Shown here: piece after piece, positions 12,040 to 25,224 of the stretch
Layout: each line of letters starts with the position of its first letter
Position numbering within the stretch: position 1 is the first letter of the stretch
Source: Chiloscyllium plagiosum
Taxonomy: Eukaryota
Direction of reading: 5' to 3'
DNA: 64,000 nucleotides
NCBI RefSeq assembly: GCF_004010195.1
Contig: NC_057719.1
Coordinates: 37,816,547 to 37,880,546, forward strand
Notes under the pieces: model-generated
What the model saw: the letters and a program-made list of their open reading frames with translations, nothing else
What the model was told of the DNA's origin: nothing
Database searches by the model: none
Translations under genes and position numbers: made by a program

Positions 12040-13510
12040 TGATTTACCTCAAAATGTTAAGGATCTCTAAAGTTTAAACAAGCCATTTCACACTGCTACT
12101 ACACAAGTGGTGTTTTTCACTAATAGGATGCTATTATCAGTCAGAATGGACATTCTGCACAGTTGAGCATTGTCATGCATGAATTGCCTTTAATGCCAGC
12201 TACAGAAGTCATACATTCTGATGATTGCAGATGACACTAAGATTGGTGGAGTAGCAGGTAGTGAAGGGAACTGTCAGAGGATACAGCAGAATATAGATAG
12301 ATTGGAGAGGTGGGCAGGGAAATGGCAAATGGAGTTCAAACAAGGCAAATGCGAGCTGATGCATTTTGGAATATCCAAATCAAGAGCGAACTATGCAGTA
12401 AATGTACAGAGATCTGGGTGTTCATGTCCATTGTTCCCTGAAGGTGGTAACACAGGTCCATAGAAGGCAAACGGCATGCTTTCCTTCATCGGTCGGGGTA
12501 TTGAGTACAAGAATTGGCAGGTTATGTTACAGTTGTATAAGACTTTGGTTCAGCCACATTTGGAATACTGTGTACCGTTCTGGTTGCCACATTACCAAAA
12601 TGATGTGGATGCTTTGGAGAGGATGCAGAGGAGGTTCACTAGGATGCTGCCTGGTATGAAGGGTGCTAACTATGAAGAGAGGTTGAATAGGTTAGGATTA
12701 TTTTCATTAGAAAGACAGAGTTTGAAGGGGGAACCTGATTGAGGTCCACAAAATTATGAGAGGTGTAGACAGGGTGAATAGCAAGGACCTTTATCCCAGA
12801 GTGGGCAATGCAATTACTAGGGGTCATGAGTTCAAGGTGAGAGAGGAAAAGTTTAGGAGAGATTTGCTTGGAAAGTTCTTTACGCAGAGGGTGATGAGTG
12901 CCTGGAACGCATTGGCAGCGGCGGTCGTTGAGGCGGGCATGATAGCGTCATTTAAGATGTATTTAGACAGATACATGAATGGGCAGGGAACATAGGGATA
13001 CAGGCCCTTAGAAAATAGGTGGCAGGTTTAGATAGAGGATCTGGATCAGCGCAGGCTTGGAGGGCTGAAGGGCCTGTTCCTGTGCTATAATTTTCTTTGT
13101 TCTTTGGCTGAACAAATCAAATAATACGTTGCTCCATAATATGAAGGGCACAGGCAATATTCGACCAACTCATATGAAAAACCCAAACCAAAGCATCCAC
13201 CGATGGATGTGGTTCTACAATTAACCAGCACTTTCTGAACAATCCTGAGTGTATTAATACCACACTAACAACTAATATAAAATAATCACTTCAGCTGAAA
13301 ACCTGGCTGATTTATGCTTGCTACAGGCTACAAGTATGGATGATCGGGGACTCGTTTTCTACAAGCAAAAGAAATATATTGAAGCCTTACACGTTTTTCT
13401 GCGTTATCCAAAGCTACATTGCCTGTAGCTTTCTCCATGGCAATATCCCAGTCAATTAGTCAACTTGCTACCAATCAATTTGCACCCTTTTCACCTGTGG
13501 TATAAATTTC
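12040..13510 (+). mobile_element. Decayed Penelope-like element of a second lineage, interrupted by a CR1
   Basis: KQAISHCY..VVF.TNRML..DIL..SIVM.E before the CR1; LAEQIK*YV and FYKQKKYIEAL after it. These resemble the PLE linker and GIY-YIG C-terminus. Confidence 0.5.
12221..13105 (+). mobile_element. CR1 LINE 3' portion
   Basis: ADDTKIGG, HLEYCVPFWLP and FFTQRVMSAWNAL, plus the 3' tail; frameshifted. Confidence 0.92.
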
Positions 13511-13697
13511 TACTGTTATGCCTGTCTGGGGTAGCACATTGGAAATCAAGCCTCTCTATTCCCAGAGATGTCAAAGAAGTTTAAAAACATTTATATGAAC
13601 TTCCCAGTCTACCTGTCTGATAGACCTAAGTTAACAGAATATGGACCAAGTTTCTGCACCTAACTGAAACTACTATTTATAACACTTGTAGTTGTTT

Positions 13698-16540
13698 ACA
13701 TAGAACAGTGCAGCATCGTACAGGCCCTTCAGCCCTTGATGTTGTGCCGACCTTTTATCCTACACTAAGCATACACACCCTTCATTTTACTATCAGCCAT
13801 GTGCCTATCCAAGAGTCGCTTAAATGTCCCTAATGCATGTGACTCTACTACCACTGCTGGCAGTTCATTCCATGCACTCACCTCTCTCTGTGTAAAGAAC
13901 CCATCTCTGACATCTCCCCTAAACCTTCCTCCAGTCACCTTAATATAATGATCCTTCATGATAGCCATTTCCACCTTGGGAAAAGGTCTCTGGCTATCTA
14001 CTCTATCTATGCCTCTCATCATCTTCTCTTATCATTTCTTCTCTCCAGTGTGAAAAGCCTTAGCCCCTTCAACCTTCCTTCATAAGACATGCCCTCCAGT
14101 CGAGGAAACATCCTGGTAAATCTCCTGTGCACCCTCTCTAAAGCTTCTACATCCTTCTTATAATGAGGTGACCAGAAATGATCACAATATTCCAAGTGTG
14201 GTCCAACCAGAGTTCTTTTGAGCTGCAACATAACCTCATGGCTCTTAAATCTTCCTGCTATGAAAACCAACACATCATACCCATTTTTACCAACCCTATC
14301 AACTTGGGTGGCAGCTTTGAGCGATCAATGGATGTGGACCCCAAAATCCCTCTGTACCTCCATACTGCCAAGAATCCTGCCTTTAATCGTGTAACCTCCA
14401 TTCAAATTCAACCTTCCAAATTGAATCACTTCACACTTTTCCAGGTTGAACTCCATCCGGCTCTGCATCCTGTTAACGTCCCATTATAACCTACACTGCC
14501 CTCCACACTATGCACAACTCCACCCATCTTTGTGTCATTAGCAGACTTACTAACCCACTGTTCCACTTCCTCTCCAAGTCATTTATAAAAATCACAAAGG
14601 CCCAGAACAGATTCCTATGGAATTCTGTATACAGACAGCCAAATTTCCCTGTATCCCATGCTTCCTTACTTTCTGAATGAACCTACCATGAGAAACCCTA
14701 TCAAATGCCTTGCTAAAATCCATATACACCACATCCACTACTCTACCTTCATCAATGTGTTTTGTGAGTTCCTAAGACTGACTGGTTTGTAATTCCCAGG
14801 ATTATCTCTATTCCCTTTCTTGAACAAGGGAATAATATTTGCCACCCTCCAATCATATTTTACTACTCCAGTGTACAGTGTGGATGCAAAGATCATTGCC
14901 AAAGATGCAGCAATCTCTTCCCTGGCTTCCCATAGTAGCCTTGGGTATATCCTGTCTGGCCCATGGGACCTATTTATCCTCATGTTTATCAGAATTTCCA
15001 GCACATCCTCCTTCTTAACATCAACCTGTTTGACCATAGCAGCCTCTCTCACGCTGTCCTCACAAACGGCAAGGTCCCTCTCACTAGTGAATACTGAAGC
15101 AAAGTATTCATTAAGGACCTCCTCCTACTCGAGGCACAAATTGGCCCTACCCTCACTCTGGCCATCCTCTTGTTCTTCACATAAGTGTAGAACGCCTTAG
15201 GGTTTTCCTTAATCCTACCCACTAAGGCTTTTTCATGCCCCCTTCTAGCTCTGCTCAGTCCATTCTTCAGTTCCCTCCTAGCTCCCTTGTAACCCTCTAG
15301 AGCCCTGTCTGATCCTTGCCTCCTCAACCTTAAGTAAATTTCCTTTGTACTCTTGACAAAATGTTCCATATCTCTTGCCGTACAAGGTTCCTTCACCCTT
15401 CCATCCTTTCATTGCCTCAGTGGGACAAACCTGTCCAGTACTTTCAGTAAGTGCTCCCTAAACAACCTCCACATTTCTGTTGTGCATTTGCCTGAGAATA
15501 TCTGTTCCCAATTTATGCTCCACAGTTCCTGCCTAATAGCATTGTAATTTCCCTCCTCCGTTAAATACTTTCTCATACGTCTGCTCCTATCCTTCTCCAT
15601 AACTATAGTAACGGTCAGGGAGTTGTGATAGCTATGACCGAAATGCTCTCCCACCGAAAGTTCTGACACTTAACGTGGTCCGTTGCCAAGCACCAATTCT
15701 AATCTGGCCTCCCCTCTTTTCAGCCTATCTGCATGTTGAGTCAGAAATCCTTCCTGGACGCACCTGACAAAGTCTGCTCCATCCAAACTATTTGCACTAA
15801 GGAGGTTCCAGTCAATATTAGGGAAGTTGAAGTTACCCATGACAACAATCCCTGGTACTTCTGCACCTTTCCAAAATCTGTCTCCCAATCTGCACCTCCG
15901 TGTCTCTGTTGCTATTGGGGGGGAGTCTATAGAAAGCTCCCAATAAAGTGACTGCTCCTTTCCTGTTTCTAACTTACAACCATACTGACTTACTAGACAC
16001 ACCTGCCTTGACAACCTCCCTTTCCGCAGCTGTGATATTATCCTTGATTAGCAATGCCACTCCCCCACCTCTTTTACCTCCTCCCTATTCCTTTTGAAAC
16101 ATCTAAACCCTGGAACATCCAACAACCGTTCCTGTCCCTGTGATATCCAAGTCTCCGTAATGGCCACAACATCATATCTCCAAGTACTGATCCATGCTGT
16201 AAGTTCATTACCCTTATTCCTGACACTTCTTGCGTTAAAATAGACATAGTTCAACCCATCACTCTGCAACTTTGCCCTATCAACTGTCTGTCATTCCTTA
16301 CAGACTCTCTGCACATCATATCTGCTTGTTCACCAGCTAGACCATCCTCTGATCCGTAGCTCCAGTTCCCATCCCCTGCCAAACTAGTTTAAACCCTCCA
16401 GCAAACCTCCCACCCAGGATATTGGTACGCCTCCAGTTCAGGTGTACCCCATCCTGTTGTACAGGTCCCACCTTCCCCAGAAGGAATCCCAATGATCCAC
16501 ATATCTGAAGCCCCCCCTCCTACACCAGCTCTGCAGCCAT
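13698..16540 (-). mobile_element. Long decayed CR1 LINE (ORF1 C-terminus, APE, RT, 3' UTR)
   Basis: ORF1 end WLQSWCRRGGFRYVDHW...HLNW (SGNH esterase-like), APE YFNARSVRNK..VAITETW and GNFNFPNIDW, GPDRIYPRLL, HLEYCDHFWSP. Has stops and deletions. Confidence 0.92.
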
Positions 16541-17024
16541 GTATGGTTACCTGTCAATGCATAACTCTGTAAGTTAAAACTCTAACTCCCTTCTAACAAC
16601 ACACCCCCTTCCTGACACACACAAACAGACAAAACCATTGGTTTTATGGATGCAGGGGAAAATCTACTGAGAAAACAGTGCAATGGCACATGTCCAGGAT
16701 TTAGTGGAGGGGTTCCTTTGGTTGCCAAGTCCTTTAGTTCTCTGAACTATTCCTTTAGGTTCTTTCACTTCTTCTAAGGAGGCACAGAAGGACTGGTTTA
16801 CAAATTATAAAATCTCTGACCTATTGATTAAAATCAACAGCTTACAGTAACTGGTGAAAAAGCACTTAGATTTCTTTAACTTCAAGTGTTTTACTGGAGA
16901 AAGATGCACACCACCTTTCAGAGGTCTAAGGGCTCTTCACTGTTTCGTTCATATCCACAAGCTGCAGAAAGTCAGACTTAATGATCCTTGACATCCATAA
17001 CTGGCCATAACTCCACAAATCACT

Positions 17025-17025
17025 T

Positions 17026-17057
<32 letters not shown>
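17025..17057. repeat. (CT)n(AT)n microsatellite
   Basis: Read directly. Confidence 0.9.
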
Positions 17058-17227
17058 GTTGTGCTATTTATTTCCATTTTCCCCATTGCTTGTAATGCAA
17101 CAATGTAACATGACTACTAAAGAGTTTCAGAAACTTGCTTTTTTTTTAAAGTAAAGCACTACTTTCCTCAGACTTCTGTTGTAAAACAGCCCTTTTCCCA
17201 ATTCAGTCCACAATCAAAATTAAACAT

Positions 17228-17610
17228 TGAGTCATAGAGACGTACAGCATGGAAACAGACCCTTCGGTCCAACTCGTCCATGCTGATCAGATATCCTAAA
17301 TAAATCTAGTCCCATTTGCCAATATTTAGCCCATATGCCTCTAAACCCTTCCTATTCATATAGCTATCCAATTACCTTTAAAAGTGTTGTAATTGTACCA
17401 ACCCCCACCACTTCCTATGACAGCTCATTCCATACACGCACCACCCTGTGCCCACAGGTCCTTTTTATATCTTTCCCCTCTCACCTTAAACCTATGCCCT
17501 CAAGTTTTGGACTCCCTGACCCCAAGGAAAAGACCTTGACCCTATCCCTGCCCCTATGTTTTTATAAACCACTATAAGGACATCCCTCAGCCTCTGACAC
17601 TTTAGGGATA
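17228..17610 (-). mobile_element. CR1 3' fragment
   Basis: Reverse complement is homologous to 76-600. Confidence 0.85.
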
Positions 17611-17647
17611 GCAATAGCAATAACAAGATGTGATTTTTAAGGCGTAA

Positions 17648-17768
17648 TAAAATAATGCAGGTGCTGGAAATCTGAAATAAAAAATAAGAAGTGCTAGAGA
17701 AACTCACCCAGTCTGAGAGAGAGAAAAACAGCTGATGTTTTCAGCCTGATATGACTTCTTCAGAACTC
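17648..17768 (-). mobile_element. Old PLE-terminus-like repeat (family 3)
   Basis: Similar to 2068-2168 and 49320-49447; ends ttcttcagaact (reverse complement agttCTGAAGA). Confidence 0.55.
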
Positions 17769-18209
17769 ACAGATCTTTACGCTGTTAAAATTTGGCATTA
17801 TTGCAGTTATCCTGTTGAGTACAAAATGGACAGCTTTGGTAGCATGTCAACAATATTCAAATTCTGTACAAGCAGTCTCTGTTTTATAATATTTGAAGTG
17901 GGTCTAAGTCTTTTTCGCTCAATCTTTTATAAGTGTGTACGATTTAATCAAAAACAGGACATTGCAACTTTTTCTCTGACATTGACCAAATCATTTTGAA
18001 AAGCATCCAGATATTGATGATGATTGAGGAGAAGCGTTGAGTCAGTTGCAATAACTAAACACATTAGGTGCATCCTGAGAAGTTGTCATCTTGCACATTT
18101 GCGTAGTCAGATTGGTTTTCTAGCTCAAACTTTTTAAAACAGAGTGATACTTATTAGCAACTTGAATGTATATAGTGCCATTACCTAGTAAAATGAAAAC
18201 AAAAACTGA

Positions 18210-18775
18210 CCTGCATATTGTGTTTTTCATGACTTTCAGCCATCTCAAATCACTTTTCAAAAGTACTTAAATAAAAGCAAAGTACTGTACATCTAAAATA
18301 GGAACATAAATTATTGAAGAAACTCAGCAGGGTCTGTGGAGAAACAAATAGCCTTTTGAATATAGTGTAATTCTACAGTTCCAAAGAAGAATCTTATAGG
18401 ACTCAGAAGTGTTAACTCTATATTTCTCTCCCGATGCTGTCAAACCAGTTGTTTTTCTCCAGTACTTTTTTATTTCAAAAATCTTCATTGCCTGTACGAT
18501 AGAAAACACAGCAGTTAATTTACATGCAGCACGGTCCCACAATCAGCAGTGTGATATTGATCAGATGGTCTCTTTTATGTGATGTTGATTGAAAGATAAA
18601 CATCAAATAACCTCATTATTCCTCACAATAGTTCTGCGAGATCTTTTACACGTACCTGAGCATCATCTCTTCCAAAAAATGGCACCTGTAACAGTGCAAC
18701 CCAGGAGTGTCAGTCTTGATTATTATGCTCAAGTCGTGGAGTTGGACTCTAATCCGGTACATTGTGTTCATAAGG
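18210..18775 (-). mobile_element. Deu-domain SINE (SacSINE1/AmnSINE-like), interrupted at about 18270-18480 by an old fold-back family 3 insertion
   Basis: Matches 62068-62382 and the reverse complement of 44705-45108 (gatcttttacacgtacctgag; cccacaatcagcagtgtgata). Confidence 0.65.
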
Positions 18776-18779
18776 CAAT

Positions 18780-21690
18780 GAGACTTGGAGCAGAAGTAGA
18801 CCATTCAACCCATCAAGTCAATGCCATTCAATGAGATTTTTAATTTAATAATTCTCCACTCAACTTTGCTTCCTTTTCCATAACCCTTGGTTCCCTTACT
18901 AATTAAAAATCTATCTATATCAGCCTTAAATATCTTACAGCCAATCCTCAACAATTCCTTGTCATTAAAATCTTCCACAGATTGGCTACCCTTTGAGAAA
19001 AGAAATTCCTCCTCCTCTATGTCTTCAATTCGTCACTCCTCACTCTCTGAGAATATAGCTTCTCACAAGGGCAAATAAAGTCTTTGCATCTACCCTGTCA
19101 AGCCCTTAAGAACCTTTGTTTCAATAGGGTTGCCTGTCATTGTTTTAAACCACAATGTGCTGAACTCCCAACCCACTCAACACTTTTCCATAAAATCCCT
19201 AATAAGTCATTTTACTGTATCTTATAAAACCTGCCTCATTAACTACCAAATCCTCCTCTACAGCATATTTTGCTTCCAATTCCAGTTCCACTTTACTCCC
19301 CAGAACACCTTGTCATTTGAACAAAGAACCAGTAACCCTTGCAGCCATGCCATCTTTAAATGGCTTCTATGCACCCAGATGAACATTAGCGCTCCAAAGC
19401 TGCCCTGCTTGGTCAAGGATAGTTTCAGAAGTTGTTAGAGACCTCCTAGATACCAAGACATCCATTTCCTTCCAACCCCCGAAAATATCATTCTTCATTC
19501 CACTGCAATTGTCAAAGTAATCCTGCTGCCAGTGTTGTTTATTGCACACCACTTCTAAACACTGGTCACAACAACATTTTTCTCTTTTTTTTTCTTGTTC
19601 ATACCACCAGCATGTCTAGTACCGCCACATTGTAACAGCCAGCTACCACAGAAGCCATCTTTTTGACCTCTGAAGATCCTTAGATAAAGATACTGTTCAC
19701 AGTATTCCAGGTGTGATCAGACTAGTGACATATAGTTACAGCAAGGTTTTCCTATTTTTATACTCCATTCCCTTTAAAATAAAGGCCAGCAATCCATTTG
19801 CCCTCCCTAATACCTGCTGAATTTGGATGCTATCTTTGCGTGATTCATGCATGAAGACCCCTAAATCAATTTATACTGCAGCTTTCTGCATTCTTTTTCT
19901 ATTTAAAAAATATTCAGCTCATCAATTCTGCTTGCCAAAATCTATAACTTCAGATTTTCTCACATAGTATATCATCTACCGTACTTTTGTCTGCTCACAA
20001 CCTGGCTGTATCCCTCCATAGATTCTTTGTGTCATCTACAAACTTGGTGATAGTACATTCACTTCCCTCATCCAAGTGATTCATAATGTATTATATTTAA
20101 TTGGGGTAGCACTGATCCCTGTGGGATTCCACTAACGCAATTCTCTATCTTCTATTATTTAGCCAATCCTCTATCCATGCTAAATTGCTACTTCCATAGG
20201 CTATTATCATATTTTGTAACCTTATGTTATGAAACTGTGGGTGTACTGAACCTTTAAGAAAGTTAAAAGCTAGCAGAACTACCTGACAGCACCAGGTGTT
20301 CTGAACAGGATACAATGTAATCTTTTGGTCCAGCAGCTGGTGTAGCTGGTTGCCTGGAGACAAAAACAAAGTTGAATTAGGCCAGTTTAATTTATACCCC
20401 AAAAAAACCAAACTCCAATCAAGTTTGAATTTAGTATATTGACAATATTAAAATCCAATGACAATCCGGTGCTTTGGGGTATAAGTTGGGAAAAATTGAA
20501 CAGTTGAGGGAGAACTGCCAAACCGGCAGCATGTACAGACTGCCCGAAACACAGCTCTCTTAAAGGCACATTTATCTATCAACGATCTGTGAAAGAACTC
20601 CTAAGAAGAAAATCTCCAGAGGAAGATACAAAGAGAAGATTCGATAGCTGCCTGGTTTTGAAATTTGTATTTTAGTAAATCTTAATCAGGGCCTTTATCA
20701 GACTAGTATTATCGATGGGGAAGGTAAAAGATAGTTTAGAGAAACGAGCTGTAAATAGTTATTAGTTAATTATTCTCTGTTATACTTTAAGAAATAAAGT
20801 TGTTACTTTTTACTTTAACTAGTTCTTAGTCTCACGAATTTTCACAGATTACCGCGCAGGTTAAATCTTTTCTGTGTTGCTGGTTTAAAATTAGCAGGCG
20901 GGATTTACCCCGTGTCGTAAAACGTATGAATGATGTCTTGTACAATATTTTTTGAAAATTCAAACATGTTAAAATGACTGCTTCCCCTTCATCTTTCCTG
21001 CTTGTTACTACCTCAACAATTATCTCCTCTAATAAATATGTCAGGCATTATTTCCCCATCCTGAAGCTGTGCTGACTCTGATTGGATTAATCGTTTCCAA
21101 ATGCTCTACCATTATATCCTTTATAACAATCTTGAATATTTTTCCAATGTTAAGCTAACTGGCCTGTTGTTGCCTACTTCTCTCCTCTTGAATACAGGTG
21201 TTGCATTGGCAGTTTTCCAAACTGCTGTGACTTGCCCAGAATCTAAGGATTTTTGGAAGATTACTGCTAGTTCATTCATTATTTACGTAGCTACTTTCTT
21301 TTGTAACCTAGGATCCAACTAATCAGGTCTAGAGGAGCTTTAACCCCGTTAGTTTCTCTAGTACTATTTTTCTAGTGGTAATTTTTATATTTATTTCCTC
21401 CTGACCTTTTGCTGCTTGACTCTGTATCGCTCGAAGTCTTCTACCCTAAAGGCTGATGCAAAGTGTTTGTTTAACTCCTTTGCCATTTTCTGGTTCCCCA
21501 TTGATTATTTCCCAACCTCATTCTCTAAGGGACCTATGTTCAATTTGGCCTATCCTTTTTTCAGATATTTAAAGGAGCTCTTATTGTATATTTTTGCATT
21601 AGATTTCCCTCAGTTTGTTTTCTCCTCCTTTCTTATTTTTTGTTTATCTTTTGTTGGCTTTTAAAACTTTTCCCATCTTGTAATTTAAAT
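18780..21690 (-). mobile_element. Old CR1 LINE pieces, interrupted by a solo LTR and other sequence
   Basis: Degenerate CR1 3' UTR and RT motifs (NLAWIEDWLNNRR). Boundaries approximate. Confidence 0.7.
20225..20922 (+). mobile_element. Solo LTR (Gypsy-like)
   Basis: Starts TGTTATGA and ends cgtaaaa (family end cgtaaca). TATA-like gggtataag at about 20478, AATAAA at about 20793, flanks ctta/cgta. Homologous along its length to 50641-51337. Confidence 0.8.
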
Positions 21691-21814
21691 CTGAGAGTGC
21701 AGCAAGTGATCTCTAGCTATCCCCTAAAGCTACACTAACTCCCTTCTCTCACAGGAATTTAATTATTTAAAGATTCTAGTGCACAGTCTGCCTGGCTCTG
21801 TTGTATTACTTACA

Positions 21815-22805
21815 AAGGAAGATGGTTCTGATTGTGGAAGGTTCGTTCTCTCTACTCCAGTGCAGTTGTGCAAAAGTTCCACAGGGGAGTGACCTAGTTC
21901 GAACCATCTTCAGCTGTTTCATCAATGACCTTCACTCCGTCAGAAGGTGGGGATGTTTGCTAATTTTTCAGCACTGTTCTCGACTCCTCAGATGCTGAAG
22001 CACCAGGTCCAAATGCACCAAGACCTGGATAATACCAAGGCTTGGCTGACATGGCAAGTAACATTCGTGCTACACATGGCATATCCAGGCAATGGCTATT
22101 TCCAAAAAGAAAGACTCCAACCGTTGCCCCATGGCATTCAAAGGCATTACTATCAATGCATCCCACACTGTCAATATCCTAGGAGTGACCTTTGACCAGA
22201 ATCTGAACTGGACTAACCATATAAATTCTATGATTACAAGAGCATTTCAGAGGCTGAGAATCCTGCTGTGAATTTCTGTCAGCCTGACTCTCCAAAGCCT
22301 GCCCAGTATCTACAAGGTACAAGTCAGAACTATGATGGAATATCCTCCACTTGCCTGGATGGATGCAGCTCCAAAACACTTGAGAATTTTATTACCATAC
22401 AATCAAAGCAGCCAGCTTGATTGGCACCACATTCGCAAACATTCAATGCAGTGTAGCAGCAATGTATACCATCTACAAGATTCACTGCAGCGCCTTACCA
22501 AGATTCCTTCAACAGCACCTTTGAAACCCACAATTATTACTGTCTAGAAGCATAAGAGCAGCAGATACCTAAGAGTTTCACTCCGAACCACTTACCATCC
22601 TGACTTGGAAATATATCACTGCTCCATCATTGTCACTGAGGCAAAATTCTAGAACCCTCTTCCTAACAGCACTGTTGGTATGCCTATATCAAATGTACTG
22701 TTATAGTTCAAGAAGGCAGCTCACACCACCTTCTCAAGAGCAGTTAGGTACAGGCAATAAATGCTGGCTCAACCAGTAAAGCCTTCACCTCCTGAATGAA
22801 TGAAA
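21815..22805 (+). mobile_element. LINE family B 3' portion (CR1/L2-group RT)
   Basis: VPQGSDLVRTIFSCFINDL, MEYPPLAWMDAA, tail ggcaataaatgctggc...tgaatgaatgaaaa. Confidence 0.8.
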
Positions 22806-23135
22806 AGATATCCTTTATGCAATAAATTACTTCATAAGTTGTTACTGTGTTTTGACTGTGGTTCTCTTTCTAATTTGGGGTGACACCTCAGAACAAAGGT
22901 TCATTAATTGACTCTTATGTACGATGGGTGACTAATTTAGCACCTTTAGATGTCTTAATGCAAGTTTGTTCCTCTTCTGTTCTCGCTTCATTTTCCTCTC
23001 ATTTTTCCTGACTAAGCTGTTCATTTGTCTAATCTGAGATCTTCATTCTTTTCCTTTATGCATGTTTGTTTAACAAGCTGAGGTGAAGAATACAGTGGAA
23101 TATAATTGTAATCAGCTTTGTTTCCCTATCTTGAG

Positions 23136-23316
23136 GTCTTAGTGCTGATCGACCTTGTGCGAGAGCAGTGAAGGTGGAATGCCCTTGTCCATTAGTGCAA
23201 ATTACTTCCAGAAATAATGTGGTATGGGCATTGACGGAACAACGAACAACTCTCTTCAGGAATGGCATAAGCAGTTTTTGTCCAGAGGGTGAACACTGGA
23301 TTTCTGATATTGTAAG
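23136..23316 (+). CDS. TECPR2: TECPR2 exon E (181 nt)
   Basis: Acceptor tatcttgag|GT (GAG type), donor GTAAG|gtagac. Translates (G)LSADRPCARAVKVECPCPLVQITSRNNVVWALTEQRTTLFRNGISSFCPEGEHWISDIV. Not in the ORF track. Confidence 0.93.
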
Positions 23317-25082
23317 GTAGACAAATTTATACTGATATGAAATGTTGTTCAGATCATTTAATTTTCAGTGTTTTCTGAAAATGTTTAGTTAATATCCATT
23401 TTCATTTTACTTTCGAGATTCTGATTTTCATACTGTAATTTCTAACCACATAATTGGAAACCATACTGTGGTATATGAAAAAAGTTGTAATTTGAACCAA
23501 AAATACTGTTTAACCTTCTGTTGGTACTTGTTTGGAATGTCAGAACTAAGCTTTATAAATAGGCCACATAAAATTATTGGCCCTGAATTTTCAACTGTAT
23601 TGGTAGCCAGGTTTCCCATTCACACTGAAAAAGTTGCTGTAAATTCCATCCTCATTCCAATGGACTGCCTTAGAGCATTAATCGCCTTGAACTAGGCTTC
23701 CTGCTGTCATCTAAAGAGAATGTCCCAGCTTTGGGAGCTAACAGCCAATCTGAGTGACTGGCAGCTCTCAGATCCACTACTAGGACTGCTTCAAGTACCA
23801 AAGGAGAGCCAAAAACTGCAGAACAGGTAAACTGGGTATATGGAAAGGGGAGTGGATTCTGGATGGACCTAAGATGGGGAAGCCTTAGTGTTAGGCAGTT
23901 GGAAACCCAGTAGGGGAGTGACACCCCTGTGGGGAGGGGCAACTTCATGGAATGGATATTCCTCAGATTAAAAATGCAGGCAAGTGAAGCAGACACTTAC
24001 CTCTCCTCTTCCATTGTCACCAGGTCATGAGGTAAAATCACTAATTTATCATGACATAAAAACTATTAATGCTCTATTCTAGCTTTGTAAATATGAATGA
24101 AAATATTAAGCTGTGTTTAATCAAAAGGAACTACATTTTTAACAATTTACTAAGTGATAGTAGCTGCTAGGCAACTTTGACTATGAAGAGCTATTATCCT
24201 TCATTAATGCAGAATCCAGTCCCTTAAAATTTTAAAAATTGGAAATACCTTGTGAAGCTTCCTGTTTCATTAGCCCCCTCTGCCTGAAAGAAATCTACAG
24301 TTCACAGTTATATACCTTATATACTTTACAGTTATCACCTTTCGTTTGACTGATTGCTAGCTTCCTCACATTTAATTGCATTTTGTTTAAATTGTTTCAT
24401 ATAAAAGGGGTAGGTTTGAAATATTAGCTTTGTGTAGTTCACAAAGTATTAATATTTTAAAATGTAATTTAACATTAATAACTAGTACTTCACTGTGCTG
24501 CAGTACTACCAACAAATATTAAACAGAGTTGGGCTCTCCACTCATTTCAGTGCTTCAAGGGAATGTTAAGGATTCAGGACACTAATCAAAAAAGAACTGG
24601 TGCTCTGACCCACATCTTCCATCACAAAAGAAATGAATTGATCACTTCAATGCAGTGTTGTTAGCTCTTGCTGAATACAAAATTGAGGCTTGACCTGAAA
24701 AGTAGTTAATTGAGATAAAGCATTTTCAGATGTTAATTAGATGCTTTTTCTATGGAGTTGTCCAACTGATTTCGATAATCTACTTCTTTTAGCAAGTCGG
24801 TATAATGTAAACGACAAGGCAAGGTTTATTATTTTATTGCTGCAAGTGGTAATATTAAGGCATCTGGAACAACAGATTTGCCAAACCATGACAAAACATA
24901 AATACGTACAGAAAATTTGGGCATTTAAAACAGATTGTAACTATTGTTCACTTGCACTGATGCTGATGATTTTATATCCCTCATTATTATACTTCTTTCT
25001 CAAATAGACTTTGTAAATTTTCATTAGTTCTGCTGATCAAAAAAAAGGACTAAAGTATCTGGATTTTTCTCCCATTTTGTAG

Positions 25083-25224
25083 TGAAAAGCAGATGTTGGA
25101 GTTGGTGTGTATAGCATTGGGAGACCAGCAAACAGTCTGGGCTTTAGACACAAATGGCAACCTCTGGTTTCGCACTGGCATCTCTTCAAAGAAACCTCAA
25201 GGGGAAGATGAGCACTGGTGGCAG
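25083..25224 (+). CDS. TECPR2: TECPR2 exon F (142 nt)
   Basis: Acceptor ttttgtag|T, donor CAG|gtaaaa. Translates (S)EKQMLELVCIALGDQQTVWALDTNGNLWFRTGISSKKPQGEDEHWWQ. Confidence 0.96.
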
